Part shown: positions 50,669 to 59,880 of the stretch, piece by piece
How positions within the stretch are numbered: position 1 is the first letter of the stretch
How the letters are laid out: every line of letters begins with the position of its first letter
NCBI GenBank assembly: GCA_029237775.1
Contig: JAQZBR010000002.1
Coordinates: forward strand, 713,489 to 777,488
Length of the DNA: 64,000 bases
Direction of reading: 5' to 3'
Source of the DNA: Bacteroidota bacterium
GTDB lineage: Bacteria; Bacteroidota; Bacteroidia; 2-12-FULL-35-15
Program-made: the position numbers and the translations under genes
Notes under the pieces: generated by a model
Told to the model about the DNA's origin: nothing
The model's database searches: none
The model's input: the letters and a program-made list of their open reading frames with translations, nothing else

Positions 50669-51099
50669 CTGATACGGGTAACAATTATGGTGTTGCCCCT
50701 TGAGTAGTCAAATTTCCAGTCGTTCTCGAAGATCCTTGGCAAATAACGTTTATAAAGATTGATCCTTGAGGTTAGCTTGTCTTCGGGTTCTGTATCTTTT
50801 GCCAAGCCGGTAAATTCATAGGCTATCATCTTGGGATGTTCTGCCATGAACATTTTCACCACCCTTACGATGGTTGTCATAACACGGTATAATTCACCCT
50901 TGTTGGTTACTGTATACTCCTCCCCTTCGTACTCATCGTTGGTAACACCAAATACAATTGTTGCGTGCAATATGTTGTCCTGTCTGCGACCAAACCGAAC
51001 TTCATAATTAATACCGCTATCCGTTGTAAAATAGTAAACACCGGCCGTGCTTATCGCAGGGCTGATAATTTTGTACTCTTCAACAAATCCATCTGACAT
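50665..51099 (-). CDS. hypothetical cytoplasmic protein
   Basis: 144 aa, no signal peptide and no motif I recognise. Monocistronic, flanked by a terminator hairpin and a 175-nt upstream region. Confidence 0.35.
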   Translation of the reverse strand: MSDGFVEEYKIISPAISTAGVYYFTTDSGINYEVRFGRRQDNILHATIVFGVTNDEYEGEEYTVTNKGELYRVMTTIVRVVKMFMAEHPKMIAYEFTGLAKDTEPEDKLTSRINLYKRYLPRIFENDWKFDYSRGNTIIVTRIR

Positions 51100-51275
51100 A
51101 AAAAACTTCTGTAATTCTTTTTCGAAAGATAAAATTATAAATTTTTTTCATTAAACCCTCCTTTTTCCGGATAAGGTTTAATATTCCCAAACCCTTAGTT
51201 TTTTCAAATCAAATGGAGTAAAAGTTCATCAGGAACCCGCTAAATTCCGTAATTTCAACCCTAAATTGATTTCTT

Positions 51276-51674
51276 ATGAAAATACAGTTCAGGATCAACG
51301 CACCTTTGCGAACGGGAGATGTTATTGAGGTTTTTAAAAGTTCAGGTATCAACCGTCCGGTTGAAGATCATGATCGAATTGAACTGATGTTAAAAAATTC
51401 TAATCTGATAATTTCAGCCTGGGACGGAATTGAACTTATCGGAATTGCCCGTTCTTTAACTGATTATAACTACTGTTGCTATCTTTCGGATCTTGCCGTA
51501 AAAAAAGAATATCAGAAAACCGGAATAGGAAAAGCATTGATTGACCATACCCAGCAAACTATCGGGGAACAGACAATGCTTCTTTTGCTATCTGCTGCGA
51601 ATGCGATGGAATATTATCCGAAGGTTGGATTTGAAACAGTGGATAATGCCTTTACAATTAAAAGAAAGAACTAG
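51276..51674 (+). CDS. GNAT family N-acetyltransferase
   Basis: 132 aa with a 'QKTGIGKALI' acetyl-CoA-binding motif. Confidence 0.6.
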   Translation: MKIQFRINAPLRTGDVIEVFKSSGINRPVEDHDRIELMLKNSNLIISAWDGIELIGIARSLTDYNYCCYLSDLAVKKEYQKTGIGKALIDHTQQTIGEQTMLLLLSAANAMEYYPKVGFETVDNAFTIKRKN

Positions 51675-52154
51675 ATGAAAAGATTGTTGATCCTACCGGT
51701 TCTAATGCTTGGATGCAACCTGCTGATTTCGCAAAGCATCAGCGTTATCAAAATCACAGATCTGGAAAAACGTTTAAACAATGGTTCAGACACTACTTAC
51801 ATTGTTAACTTCTGGGCTACCTGGTGCGCGCCTTGCGTTAAAGAATTGCCGGATTTCGACAGCATCACCAAACAGTTTCCCTCAGCGAAAATCAAAGTTC
51901 TGCTTGTAAGCATGGATTTTAAAGAAGACCTGAAAACCAAAGTGATCCCATTTGTAAAAAGGAAAAATGTAAAATCGGAAGTTTTTGTTTTGGATGAACT
52001 AAATGGAAATTATTTTATCCCAAAGGTTTCTGATCAATGGACGGGAGCAATACCGGCAACACTTATCCGTAACAACAAAAACAACTACCGGCAGTTCTTT
52101 GAAAAGAAACTGGATTATAATTTTCTTATAACAGAGATAGAGAAGCAGAAATGA
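51675..52154 (+). CDS. TlpA-family thiol-disulfide oxidoreductase (thioredoxin-like)
   Basis: Signal peptide plus 'FWATWCAPCVKE' CxxC motif. Overlaps sco1 by 4 nt. Confidence 0.65.
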   Translation: MKRLLILPVLMLGCNLLISQSISVIKITDLEKRLNNGSDTTYIVNFWATWCAPCVKELPDFDSITKQFPSAKIKVLLVSMDFKEDLKTKVIPFVKRKNVKSEVFVLDELNGNYFIPKVSDQWTGAIPATLIRNNKNNYRQFFEKKLDYNFLITEIEKQK

Positions 52155-52819
52155 AAACAAAATACATTAATATTTTTCTAATCCTTTTGGTGGCAGGTGT
52201 GTGCGTGTACGCATTTTTTATTCATGATAATAAAAAGCCGATCCGTTACCTGGCTATTTTCGGGCCTAAAGAATACGAAGCTAAGAATGGTAAAACAGAC
52301 ACCACCTATCATACCGTTAAGGATTTTCATTTTATTGATCAGGATGGAAAGACGGTAAGGCAGAAAGATCTTGATGGAAGTGTTTATGTGGCTGATTTCT
52401 TTTTCACAACCTGCCACAGCATTTGTCCTGTCATGAGCAACCAGATGGAGAGGATCTACACAAAGTACAAAAACAATCCTGAAGTTAAATTCATTTCACA
52501 TACTGTCGACCCTGAAATAGATACAGTAAAGCAACTGAAGGATTACGCCTTAAAGCATAATGCCGACAGTAAGCAATGGTTGTTTGTCACCGGTGATAAA
52601 AAAGAGCTATACGATGTTGCCCGAACCGGGTATTTTCTTGATGCCCAGCAAGGCGATGGCGGACCAGATGATTTTATTCACACGCAGAACTTCGCACTCG
52701 TTGACAAAGATAAAAGGATCCGTGGGTACTACGATGGGACAGATTCAACCGATGTTGATCAGCTGATAAAAGATATTGAGCTGCTGCTTAAGGAATATCA
52801 TTATAAGGAGGGGAAATAG
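52151..52819 (+). CDS. SCO1/SenC family copper chaperone
   Basis: N-terminal TM, 'FFFTTCHSICP' CxxxC copper-binding motif and a conserved downstream His. Confidence 0.8.
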   Translation: MKTKYINIFLILLVAGVCVYAFFIHDNKKPIRYLAIFGPKEYEAKNGKTDTTYHTVKDFHFIDQDGKTVRQKDLDGSVYVADFFFTTCHSICPVMSNQMERIYTKYKNNPEVKFISHTVDPEIDTVKQLKDYALKHNADSKQWLFVTGDKKELYDVARTGYFLDAQQGDGGPDDFIHTQNFALVDKDKRIRGYYDGTDSTDVDQLIKDIELLLKEYHYKEGK

Positions 52820-52874
52820 GATTAAGGATTAAGGATTAAGGATTAAGGATTAAGGATTAAGGATTAAGGATTAA
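52819..52874. repeat. heptanucleotide microsatellite (GGATTAA)x8, perfect
   Basis: Eight perfect tandem 7-nt units starting at the last base of the sco1 stop codon. Confidence 0.95.
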
Positions 52875-52920
52875 AAAAAGAAAGGAAATTTGCGCCTGCA
52901 AATTTCCTTTCTTTTTTTTG
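52873..52920. terminator. bidirectional terminator after sco1, downstream of the heptamer repeat
   Basis: A-run, then hairpin AAAGGAAATTTGC-gcct-GCAAATTTCCTTT, then T9. Confidence 0.8.
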
Positions 52921-52934
52921 ATAGTAATTATCTT

Positions 52935-53576
52935 TTATTCCACTCTTTTAATACTGCATCCTACAGACTTTGTTGAATTGGTCTTGATTGTTTTACCAGC
53001 TGCGATCGCAACAACTGCATCTTTCAGGTAATGTTCTTTGGCGTCATTCGGTTCTTTGATATTATCATCAATTGCACCGCGATAAACAAGCTTACCGTTT
53101 TTATCGAAGAGAAAACAATGCGGTGTACGGGTTGCACCGAACGCATTTGCAAGGTTAGAGTTTTTGTCCACTACGTAGCTGAATGTATATCCCTGTTCTT
53201 TTGCGTATGATTTCATTGCATCAAAAGAATCTTCTTCAGAACGCTGCGCTTCATTCGAGTTAACTACCATCATTCCTACTTTATTCTGGCTTGTAACAGT
53301 GCCCAGCTCCTTGATGCGGCTTTCGCTGAGCTTAACATAAGGACAAGTGTTACAGGAGAATATAACCAGGGTTCCGTTTGTACCTTTAACTTCGTTAAGT
53401 GAAACCTCTTTGCCGCTTACATCCATCATTTTGTGATCTGCATCAGGCATTGAGCTTCCTATCTCCAGTTCAGGATTTATAGTAAGTCTGAAGCCGGTTG
53501 CTATTAAACCGGTTAACAAAACGGCAGAAGAGAAAATCATTATTTTTTTCATTGTTTGTAGTTTTAAAATTTGCAC
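52935..53576 (-). CDS. thioredoxin-fold (redoxin/AhpC-TSA-like) secreted protein
   Basis: Signal peptide plus 'FSCNTCPYV' CxxC motif. Confidence 0.5.
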   Translation of the reverse strand: MQILKLQTMKKIMIFSSAVLLTGLIATGFRLTINPELEIGSSMPDADHKMMDVSGKEVSLNEVKGTNGTLVIFSCNTCPYVKLSESRIKELGTVTSQNKVGMMVVNSNEAQRSEEDSFDAMKSYAKEQGYTFSYVVDKNSNLANAFGATRTPHCFLFDKNGKLVYRGAIDDNIKEPNDAKEHYLKDAVVAIAAGKTIKTNSTKSVGCSIKRVE

Positions 53577-53608
53577 CCTAAACTTACAAAAACCAAACCA
53601 CTAAAACA

Positions 53609-54676
53609 TTAATTTCTGATTAATTCTTTATACACAAACTGTTCCTGCAATGACTCAAAAGGACGATAAACGTAGTATACATAATCACCTTTTACCTTTA
53701 TATGCTCCACATATTGATTATGTAATTTAAATGATCCGATGATTTTTCCGGTTTTTCTGTCGATCTGCTTCAGATAATAGAAGCCATTCTTTTGATATTT
53801 AGCGTATACTTTATGATTATCCTTATCTACTATGATCTCATGCTTCCACTCCCTCCAGTTTTTCGGGTGGTTATACGTTATTGTAACAGAATCAAGCAGC
53901 TCATACCTTTTGTTGTAAGATAGGATAGAATTGCTGTAATGATCAAAAACAACCACAGTATCGTTGATAATAAACAAAGGCGCATATAATGGTTCATAAA
54001 AAATGCTGGAAGTTAAGCCAGTCATCATAACAGCAACCCGGTGAAAATCCACCTTATAATGTTCTGCAAGATTCCGGGCAAGGACTTTTTCTTTAGGCTT
54101 CATGAAATAATATTCCATGTTATAATCTCTCAGCAGTTCAACGTTCGTAACTGTTTTGAAAGGATGAACCACACTATCAACAGTTGAATATGCATAATAC
54201 GTGAACTCCGGATACTCCTTGCTGTAATTGGAAAAATATATGTCCTTCCCCAGTGTATCGAGACAGGGCATTATCCTTTCCTTAAACTGGTCCGAGGGCA
54301 ATGAAGCAAGACTAATAATATCATTATTTATTTTTATCCTAAAAACATCTTTTTTGCAGATCACATTAATGAATCCCATGTAATCTTTATAGAGACTCTC
54401 GGATTCATCGGGTATCTCAAAAGAAGAGAGTATTTTTTGAGAGCGGTCCACAAGCTTGACGGATGACATTTTCATATTTTTTGTGTATGTGAGCAAGACC
54501 AGCTTGTCTTCATAAAATTCATAATCGGCAACACTGAATTTCCATGTTCCGAAAACGGTGTCGATCTTTCCCGAAGCAGTGATCTCGACAGTATTTAACT
54601 CCACTTTTTTCTGTGATAAAGCTATTGCCGGCAACAGAAGAAGAGAAAAAGCAAACACTATTTTAATATGATCCAT
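53609..54676 (-). CDS. hypothetical secreted protein
   Basis: 355 aa, signal peptide, Tyr-rich. Co-oriented with and immediately upstream of the redoxin gene. Confidence 0.35.
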   Translation of the reverse strand: MDHIKIVFAFSLLLLPAIALSQKKVELNTVEITASGKIDTVFGTWKFSVADYEFYEDKLVLLTYTKNMKMSSVKLVDRSQKILSSFEIPDESESLYKDYMGFINVICKKDVFRIKINNDIISLASLPSDQFKERIMPCLDTLGKDIYFSNYSKEYPEFTYYAYSTVDSVVHPFKTVTNVELLRDYNMEYYFMKPKEKVLARNLAEHYKVDFHRVAVMMTGLTSSIFYEPLYAPLFIINDTVVVFDHYSNSILSYNKRYELLDSVTITYNHPKNWREWKHEIIVDKDNHKVYAKYQKNGFYYLKQIDRKTGKIIGSFKLHNQYVEHIKVKGDYVYYVYRPFESLQEQFVYKELIRN

Positions 54677-54781
54677 TTTATCCTCCTTTTACAACAGGAC
54701 GTTTTCAGGAAAATATTCCATAAATTTGATCAAATGGTCCTTTGGGCAACCCGGAAGGCTTATGATCTTTAGAATATAAAT

Positions 54782-55363
54782 TTGTACGACTATTATAAAA
54801 TATTAGAAGTCCCAAGGAACGCCAGTACAGAGGAGATCCGTAAAGCCTACCGCAATAAAGCCAAGCTTGTACACCCGGATGTAAATGATTCGCCCAAAGC
54901 ACACGAGGTATTTACTGTGGTAAGTGAAGCTTATGAGGTGCTTACAGATGAGCAGAAGAGATATCTTCACGATGTGAAGCTAGGTTTTATCGATGGCGTT
55001 AAAGCGGATGCCGAGCGGAAGAAGCATTACTATGGTTCATCAGTAAAGAATGATACGTATACAAATTTTCATTACGACTGGAACAGCTTTGAAAAAGCGA
55101 CATTGAAAGAAAGAACAGATGAAGATTACTATAACCGATCACCGTTCTTTTATAACCTGTTTTTTGCAACGGGAATGACCATTGGTTTTATAATCATTAT
55201 GGTAACGCTTTTAGGAACTTTCAGGAACTATTGGCCATTTCCTTTTATACTTATCAGCGTTCCCGGATTTATTCTTGTACGCGAAGGCTGGCGTGGAATG
55301 ATGCGAAAGAAAAGTATGCTGACGGGCCTTCTCAATCTGGTATTATTCAGAAAAAAACGATAA
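54782..55363 (+). CDS. J-domain (DnaJ-like) membrane protein
   Basis: J domain with the HPD motif ('DYYKILEV...KLVHPDVN'). TTG start and a C-terminal pair of TM helices. Confidence 0.65.
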   Translation: MYDYYKILEVPRNASTEEIRKAYRNKAKLVHPDVNDSPKAHEVFTVVSEAYEVLTDEQKRYLHDVKLGFIDGVKADAERKKHYYGSSVKNDTYTNFHYDWNSFEKATLKERTDEDYYNRSPFFYNLFFATGMTIGFIIIMVTLLGTFRNYWPFPFILISVPGFILVREGWRGMMRKKSMLTGLLNLVLFRKKR

Positions 55364-55408
55364 TAAAAAAGCCCTTTCGTATGAAAGGGCTTTCGAAATT
55401 TTATTTTG

Positions 55409-56482
55409 TTATCCAACCTTGAACATCCAGTTGTGCTTGTCTTCAGATTTACCTTTACGGATATTTTCAAGTTCCTGAGACACTCTGTTTGAAAAGATCC
55501 TACCACTTACAGGAGGGAGAACATAATCCTTTCCTTCAAAACCAATGGTCGAAATATGTGCAATGGTCGCAGCAGTCCCTGTTCCAAAAGCTTCTTCAAG
55601 AGTTCCTCGTTTGTGAGCATCCAACACTTCATCAATACTTATCTTACGTTCCTGAACTTTCATCTTCCAATCGCGTGCAAGCGTAAGCACGCTATCACGT
55701 GTGATACCTGCAAGGATTGTATCTCCAACAGGAGGAGTGATCAAAACATCATCGATAACGATCATCAGGTTCATTGTTCCTGACTCTTCCAGATAACGGT
55801 GATTACGGGCATCTGTCCAGATGATCTGCTGATAGCCGCGTTGCTGTGCAAGTTTTGTAGGAAATAAAGAACGTCCGTAATTTCCGGATGCTTTAACATA
55901 ACCAACGCCACCTTCAACTGCACGGATATAATTTGTTTCAACCAATACTTTAACCGGTTCGTTGTAATATTTCCCGGCAGGAGAAGTAATTATATAAAAA
56001 CGGTAATTATCGGAAGGCTTAACACCAATAAACTCATCAGTTCCAATAATGAATGGACGGATATAAAGTGAAGACCCGTCAGTATCAGGAACCCAATCTT
56101 TATCCATAGAGATCAGCTTTCTTAAGCCTTCCATGAAAACTTCTTCGGGAATAGAAGGCATAGCCATCCGTTCTGCGGAAATATTAATACGCTTGTGATT
56201 ATCAAGCGGACGGAAAAGTGATACCTCACCTTTGTCATTTTTGTAGGCTTTCATTCCTTCGAAAATTGCTTGTCCGTAATGCAGCGCTGAAGTAGCAGGG
56301 CTCATTGGGATTGGGCCGTATGGCAAAACCTGGGCATCTCCCCAGACACCATTTTCATAATCTGCCATGAACATGTGATCAGAAAACAACTTTCCGAAAG
56401 TAATGTGATTGTAATCAAGCTCATTGATACGGGAATTTGACGTCTTCTGAACCTTAATAGAAATGGTGTCGGTTGTTACCAT
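55409..56482 (-). CDS. ilvE: branched-chain amino acid aminotransferase
   Basis: Fold-type IV PLP enzyme, 357 aa ('YGQAIFEGMKAY', 'IRAVEGGVGYVKASGNY'). Confidence 0.85.
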   Translation of the reverse strand: MVTTDTISIKVQKTSNSRINELDYNHITFGKLFSDHMFMADYENGVWGDAQVLPYGPIPMSPATSALHYGQAIFEGMKAYKNDKGEVSLFRPLDNHKRINISAERMAMPSIPEEVFMEGLRKLISMDKDWVPDTDGSSLYIRPFIIGTDEFIGVKPSDNYRFYIITSPAGKYYNEPVKVLVETNYIRAVEGGVGYVKASGNYGRSLFPTKLAQQRGYQQIIWTDARNHRYLEESGTMNLMIVIDDVLITPPVGDTILAGITRDSVLTLARDWKMKVQERKISIDEVLDAHKRGTLEEAFGTGTAATIAHISTIGFEGKDYVLPPVSGRIFSNRVSQELENIRKGKSEDKHNWMFKVG

Positions 56483-56633
56483 AATGTGTTTTGTGTGTAC
56501 TGTGTGTATTCTATAAAATTAAGGAAATAATTTCTTCATTCCAATAACAAAAAACTAAAAAATAGATGAATCGCAGAAAAGAGGAGATGAATTGCATTTG
56601 TTCATCCGGCTTATACAAACAAAAACCGGCTTC

Positions 56634-58046
56634 TTATTTGAACTTTATCTTTCTTGCCGCAAAAAGACACATTCGCAGAAGTATGAAACCGTGACGAAAC
56701 CGGGATATATTTGTTCTGCCGTATGTGCGTTCTTTGTAGTGAACAGGAAGTTCAACAATATGAAGGTTGAGTTTATGGGCTCCAAACAAAAGATCGAAAT
56801 CACCGAAAGGATCGAACTCTCCAAAAAACTTTCTGTTGGCAGCAAGGCGCTGGTAATCTTTTTTAAAGAGAACCTTCGTACCGCAAAGCGTGTCCTTAAA
56901 ACGCTGATCAAGAAGCCAGGTGAAGACCAGGCTGAAAAATTTATTTCCCAGCAGATTAAAAGATCTCATCGCTTTCTTATCCATACGGTAAACTAACCTT
57001 GAACCATTTACAAAATCGGCTTTCCCGCTTGCAATGATCTCATAGAACTTTGGTAGCTCTTCGGGTGGTACCGTCAGATCAGCATCAAGGATCATAAGGA
57101 TCTCTCCGCTTGCAATCTCAAAACCTTTACGAACCGCTATACCCTTCCCTCTTTCATGACATTGCGCTATTTTGATGTCGTGTGTGGAAGCGTATTTCTT
57201 CTGCATCATCTGGATCTGTAACCAGGTATCATCAGAGGAATTTCCTTCAACAAATACAATCTCTACATGGCTTCCTATAGAAGGGATGCGCTTGATCACA
57301 TTTTCTATATTACCACTTTCATTTCGTGCAGGAACAACCACTGTAACTGAGTATTTTTTCTGATGATCCCTTTCATTTGCAATAACGGGGCGCGCAAAAG
57401 TGAAATGATTAATACTGAATGAGCGGATCAGCGGTAATTTCCCAAGTACATTATTCAGTAATTCGGAAAAAAGAGGGATGTAAACAGGAAAGATCATCCT
57501 CCTTGAATTGCGGTACACTTTGAAACCGGATAAATCAAGAAGTGAATTTATTTCATCAAGGCTTAACCAATTCTGAGCGGGTGTTTTTGTTTTGTATCCG
57601 ATCGCCTCGCCAAATTTCAACAAAGGCTCCCAAAGGAAATTGTAATAAGTAATGATCACTTTGGTCCGCTCATGACAAACCTTATGCAGCTGCCGGAAAA
57701 CCTGCTGAATATCTTCCAGATATCCGATAAGATTAGAAAGGATTATGACATCATACTCTTGATTAAGATGCAGATATTCTGCATTCATCACCCGCAAATC
57801 CAGTTGTGGAAATTGTCGTTTCCCTTCCGCTATCATGCCTTCGCTGAAATCAATCCCGGCCTTGCAATGTGCTTTTATACCGTTTAGCAATTCGCCCGTT
57901 CCGCATCCTATCTCGAGAACAGAATTTTCTTCGTGTATAAAATAATCGCAATAGCTTGTAATATCGTCCCAATAATACTTTTTGGACCTACGTTGCTTAA
58001 CGCGATTCGCAGATAATTTATCAAAATATGTAATATTATTATTCAA
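56634..58046 (-). CDS. bifunctional class I SAM-dependent methyltransferase / GT2 polyprenol-phosphate glycosyltransferase-like protein
   Basis: N-terminal 'VLEIGCGTGEL' SAM motif. C-terminal GT2 region 'VVVPARNESGNI...ILDADLT' is DPM1-like. Confidence 0.65.
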   Translation of the reverse strand: MNNNITYFDKLSANRVKQRRSKKYYWDDITSYCDYFIHEENSVLEIGCGTGELLNGIKAHCKAGIDFSEGMIAEGKRQFPQLDLRVMNAEYLHLNQEYDVIILSNLIGYLEDIQQVFRQLHKVCHERTKVIITYYNFLWEPLLKFGEAIGYKTKTPAQNWLSLDEINSLLDLSGFKVYRNSRRMIFPVYIPLFSELLNNVLGKLPLIRSFSINHFTFARPVIANERDHQKKYSVTVVVPARNESGNIENVIKRIPSIGSHVEIVFVEGNSSDDTWLQIQMMQKKYASTHDIKIAQCHERGKGIAVRKGFEIASGEILMILDADLTVPPEELPKFYEIIASGKADFVNGSRLVYRMDKKAMRSFNLLGNKFFSLVFTWLLDQRFKDTLCGTKVLFKKDYQRLAANRKFFGEFDPFGDFDLLFGAHKLNLHIVELPVHYKERTYGRTNISRFRHGFILLRMCLFAARKIKFK

Positions 58047-58052
58047 TGTTTT

Positions 58053-59843
58053 CTATGGCTCAACAACAAATAAACGGAAAATTTCCTTGCTGCCGATCGA
58101 GTTGGAAGATGCAAAAACAATGTCGTGAACGGCAGGATCGATGCTCAGATACTTTCCTGTTGCGACAGAACGTAAAGTAATCCGGTTGTTATCTTCTTCA
58201 GGGAAATTCAGTTCAAACTGCTCGTAAACACCCGCAGAATCGCCAATTGCCATTAAAGCGTTATCGAATTGTTTACTTACAGACAGAAAGCGACCGTCAT
58301 TTGTCATCAATGCGATCTTCCCATTCGGCAAAACTTTAGCTGATAGATCGCACACAGAAGGTGTATAAACATCTGCGAAAGCAGCGACTGTATTTTGAGC
58401 ACGCGGATTTGCCGCAAGGTATTTCATATTCGAGGCTCTTAAATAGATCGCCTTCTTACCAAGTGACCCGGTGATATAATTTTGGGAATACTCTATCTGA
58501 GGCAGACCTTTTATTCTTCTATCCCAATCGTACGGACTTAATAAATCCCGCCATTCAGTGGAAGGCTTACTCTGAAAAAACCCCTTGAAATAAGCCTCCC
58601 GCGTCATATCATCATAATGAATAGCGCCATTTTTATATTGCCAGGTTTGAAAAAGATTTAGAGCAATAAATAAGAAAATCACAACAGAGGAAACAATTTT
58701 CAACGCTTTTCCCTTTTTGAGAACAAAAGAAAATCCGGCAGCGAGCGGAATCGACAGTATTGAATAATAATCGATCATAGGCCGGATGCCCCAGGAAATT
58801 CCATAGCTCCATGCCCACCATGAGGATAACAGAAACACTGTCGTGATCATCATGATAATTGTTCCATAAAAAACAGCACGATTCTTTTTGAATAAAATGA
58901 TCAGTCCGATAACAGCAAAGATCAACACAGGCGTATAAATGAACACACCTTTCCTGAAGCTGAACAAAAAAGGAATCATTTGCGGACTATCGAAAATAAA
59001 ATGCTCATCAATGTAAACATCATACAGCCAACGGCCGGTAGCAAATTTCCAATACATCAACTGCAGCGAACCAATTGACATGCATATTAACATCGCGAAG
59101 ATTAGGTAACTCAATTGAGGCTTTAAGAACTCAATAGTTGCTCTGATTCCGCCTTTTGACAATAATAGGATGATAAAAAAGTAAATCAGAAGTGTTAAGG
59201 CTAGAGGCCTGATAAGTACACTCAAGCCCAGAACTGCGCCAAAGATCAGCAGGTGTTTATTGGATCCGATTTTTAGCCATTCATAAAAATGAAACAGACA
59301 GGCACATAACAATGAAAAGGAGATAGCATGAGGCATAAGTCCTTCGAAAGTTGAATACCACAAAAGGTTGGTGCCAATGGACAAAGCCACGATGGTTAGC
59401 GCTATGATCTTATCATCAAACCAATTCAATAATAGTTTACGGAGATAAAACAACCCAACTAACAGGTAAATGATCACTCCTAAACTGACTGCATTCTGAT
59501 AGCAAAAAGAATAACCATCCTGAGCACCTCCAGTTAATTTTGTAGCCAAATGGCCCGCCATAAAAAAAGGGGCAAGTGCAACGCTAAGTCCCACCGGATG
59601 CTTGATCAGCTTTTTACCTCCTTCGATCTTATAGTACCAGATCTTATCTCTAAAGAAAAGAGGATTCGCGTCAATAAAATTTAAATGAAGATCCTGATAA
59701 ATCAAGGCAGCCGGGAGATACGTATAATAGCTTGGCGCATCTACAACGATCCTGTTTTTTTTCCAGAGACGGAAACAGCTAAAGATGCTCAGGATGAAAA
59801 TAAGAATGAAGGCGATAGAAACCAGGCTATGATGCTTTTTCAT
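58053..59843 (-). CDS. GT-C fold membrane glycosyltransferase (GT39/GT83-like, PMT/ArnT-type) with C-terminal beta-trefoil (fascin/MIR-like) domain
   Basis: About 11 TM helices with a conserved first periplasmic loop. The C-terminal ~150 aa show three repeats of 'GK..L....DG.L......F.L' (beta-trefoil-like). Confidence 0.45.
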   Translation of the reverse strand: MKKHHSLVSIAFILIFILSIFSCFRLWKKNRIVVDAPSYYTYLPAALIYQDLHLNFIDANPLFFRDKIWYYKIEGGKKLIKHPVGLSVALAPFFMAGHLATKLTGGAQDGYSFCYQNAVSLGVIIYLLVGLFYLRKLLLNWFDDKIIALTIVALSIGTNLLWYSTFEGLMPHAISFSLLCACLFHFYEWLKIGSNKHLLIFGAVLGLSVLIRPLALTLLIYFFIILLLSKGGIRATIEFLKPQLSYLIFAMLICMSIGSLQLMYWKFATGRWLYDVYIDEHFIFDSPQMIPFLFSFRKGVFIYTPVLIFAVIGLIILFKKNRAVFYGTIIMMITTVFLLSSWWAWSYGISWGIRPMIDYYSILSIPLAAGFSFVLKKGKALKIVSSVVIFLFIALNLFQTWQYKNGAIHYDDMTREAYFKGFFQSKPSTEWRDLLSPYDWDRRIKGLPQIEYSQNYITGSLGKKAIYLRASNMKYLAANPRAQNTVAAFADVYTPSVCDLSAKVLPNGKIALMTNDGRFLSVSKQFDNALMAIGDSAGVYEQFELNFPEEDNNRITLRSVATGKYLSIDPAVHDIVFASSNSIGSKEIFRLFVVEP

Positions 59844-59880
59844 TTCTTATCTGTCTGATAAAATCATGAGGATATTTTGC

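Noticed and set aside
52819-52874. The (GGATTAA)x8 array, considered as a CRISPR array.
   Set aside because: The units are 7 nt, perfectly tandem and have no spacers, and no cas genes are present. It is a microsatellite.
54768-54775. A TAAATTTG -7 box before the J-domain gene.
   Set aside because: It lies only 6 nt upstream of, and abuts, the best start codon (TTG at 54782), so it cannot be that gene's -7 element. It probably matches the consensus by chance.
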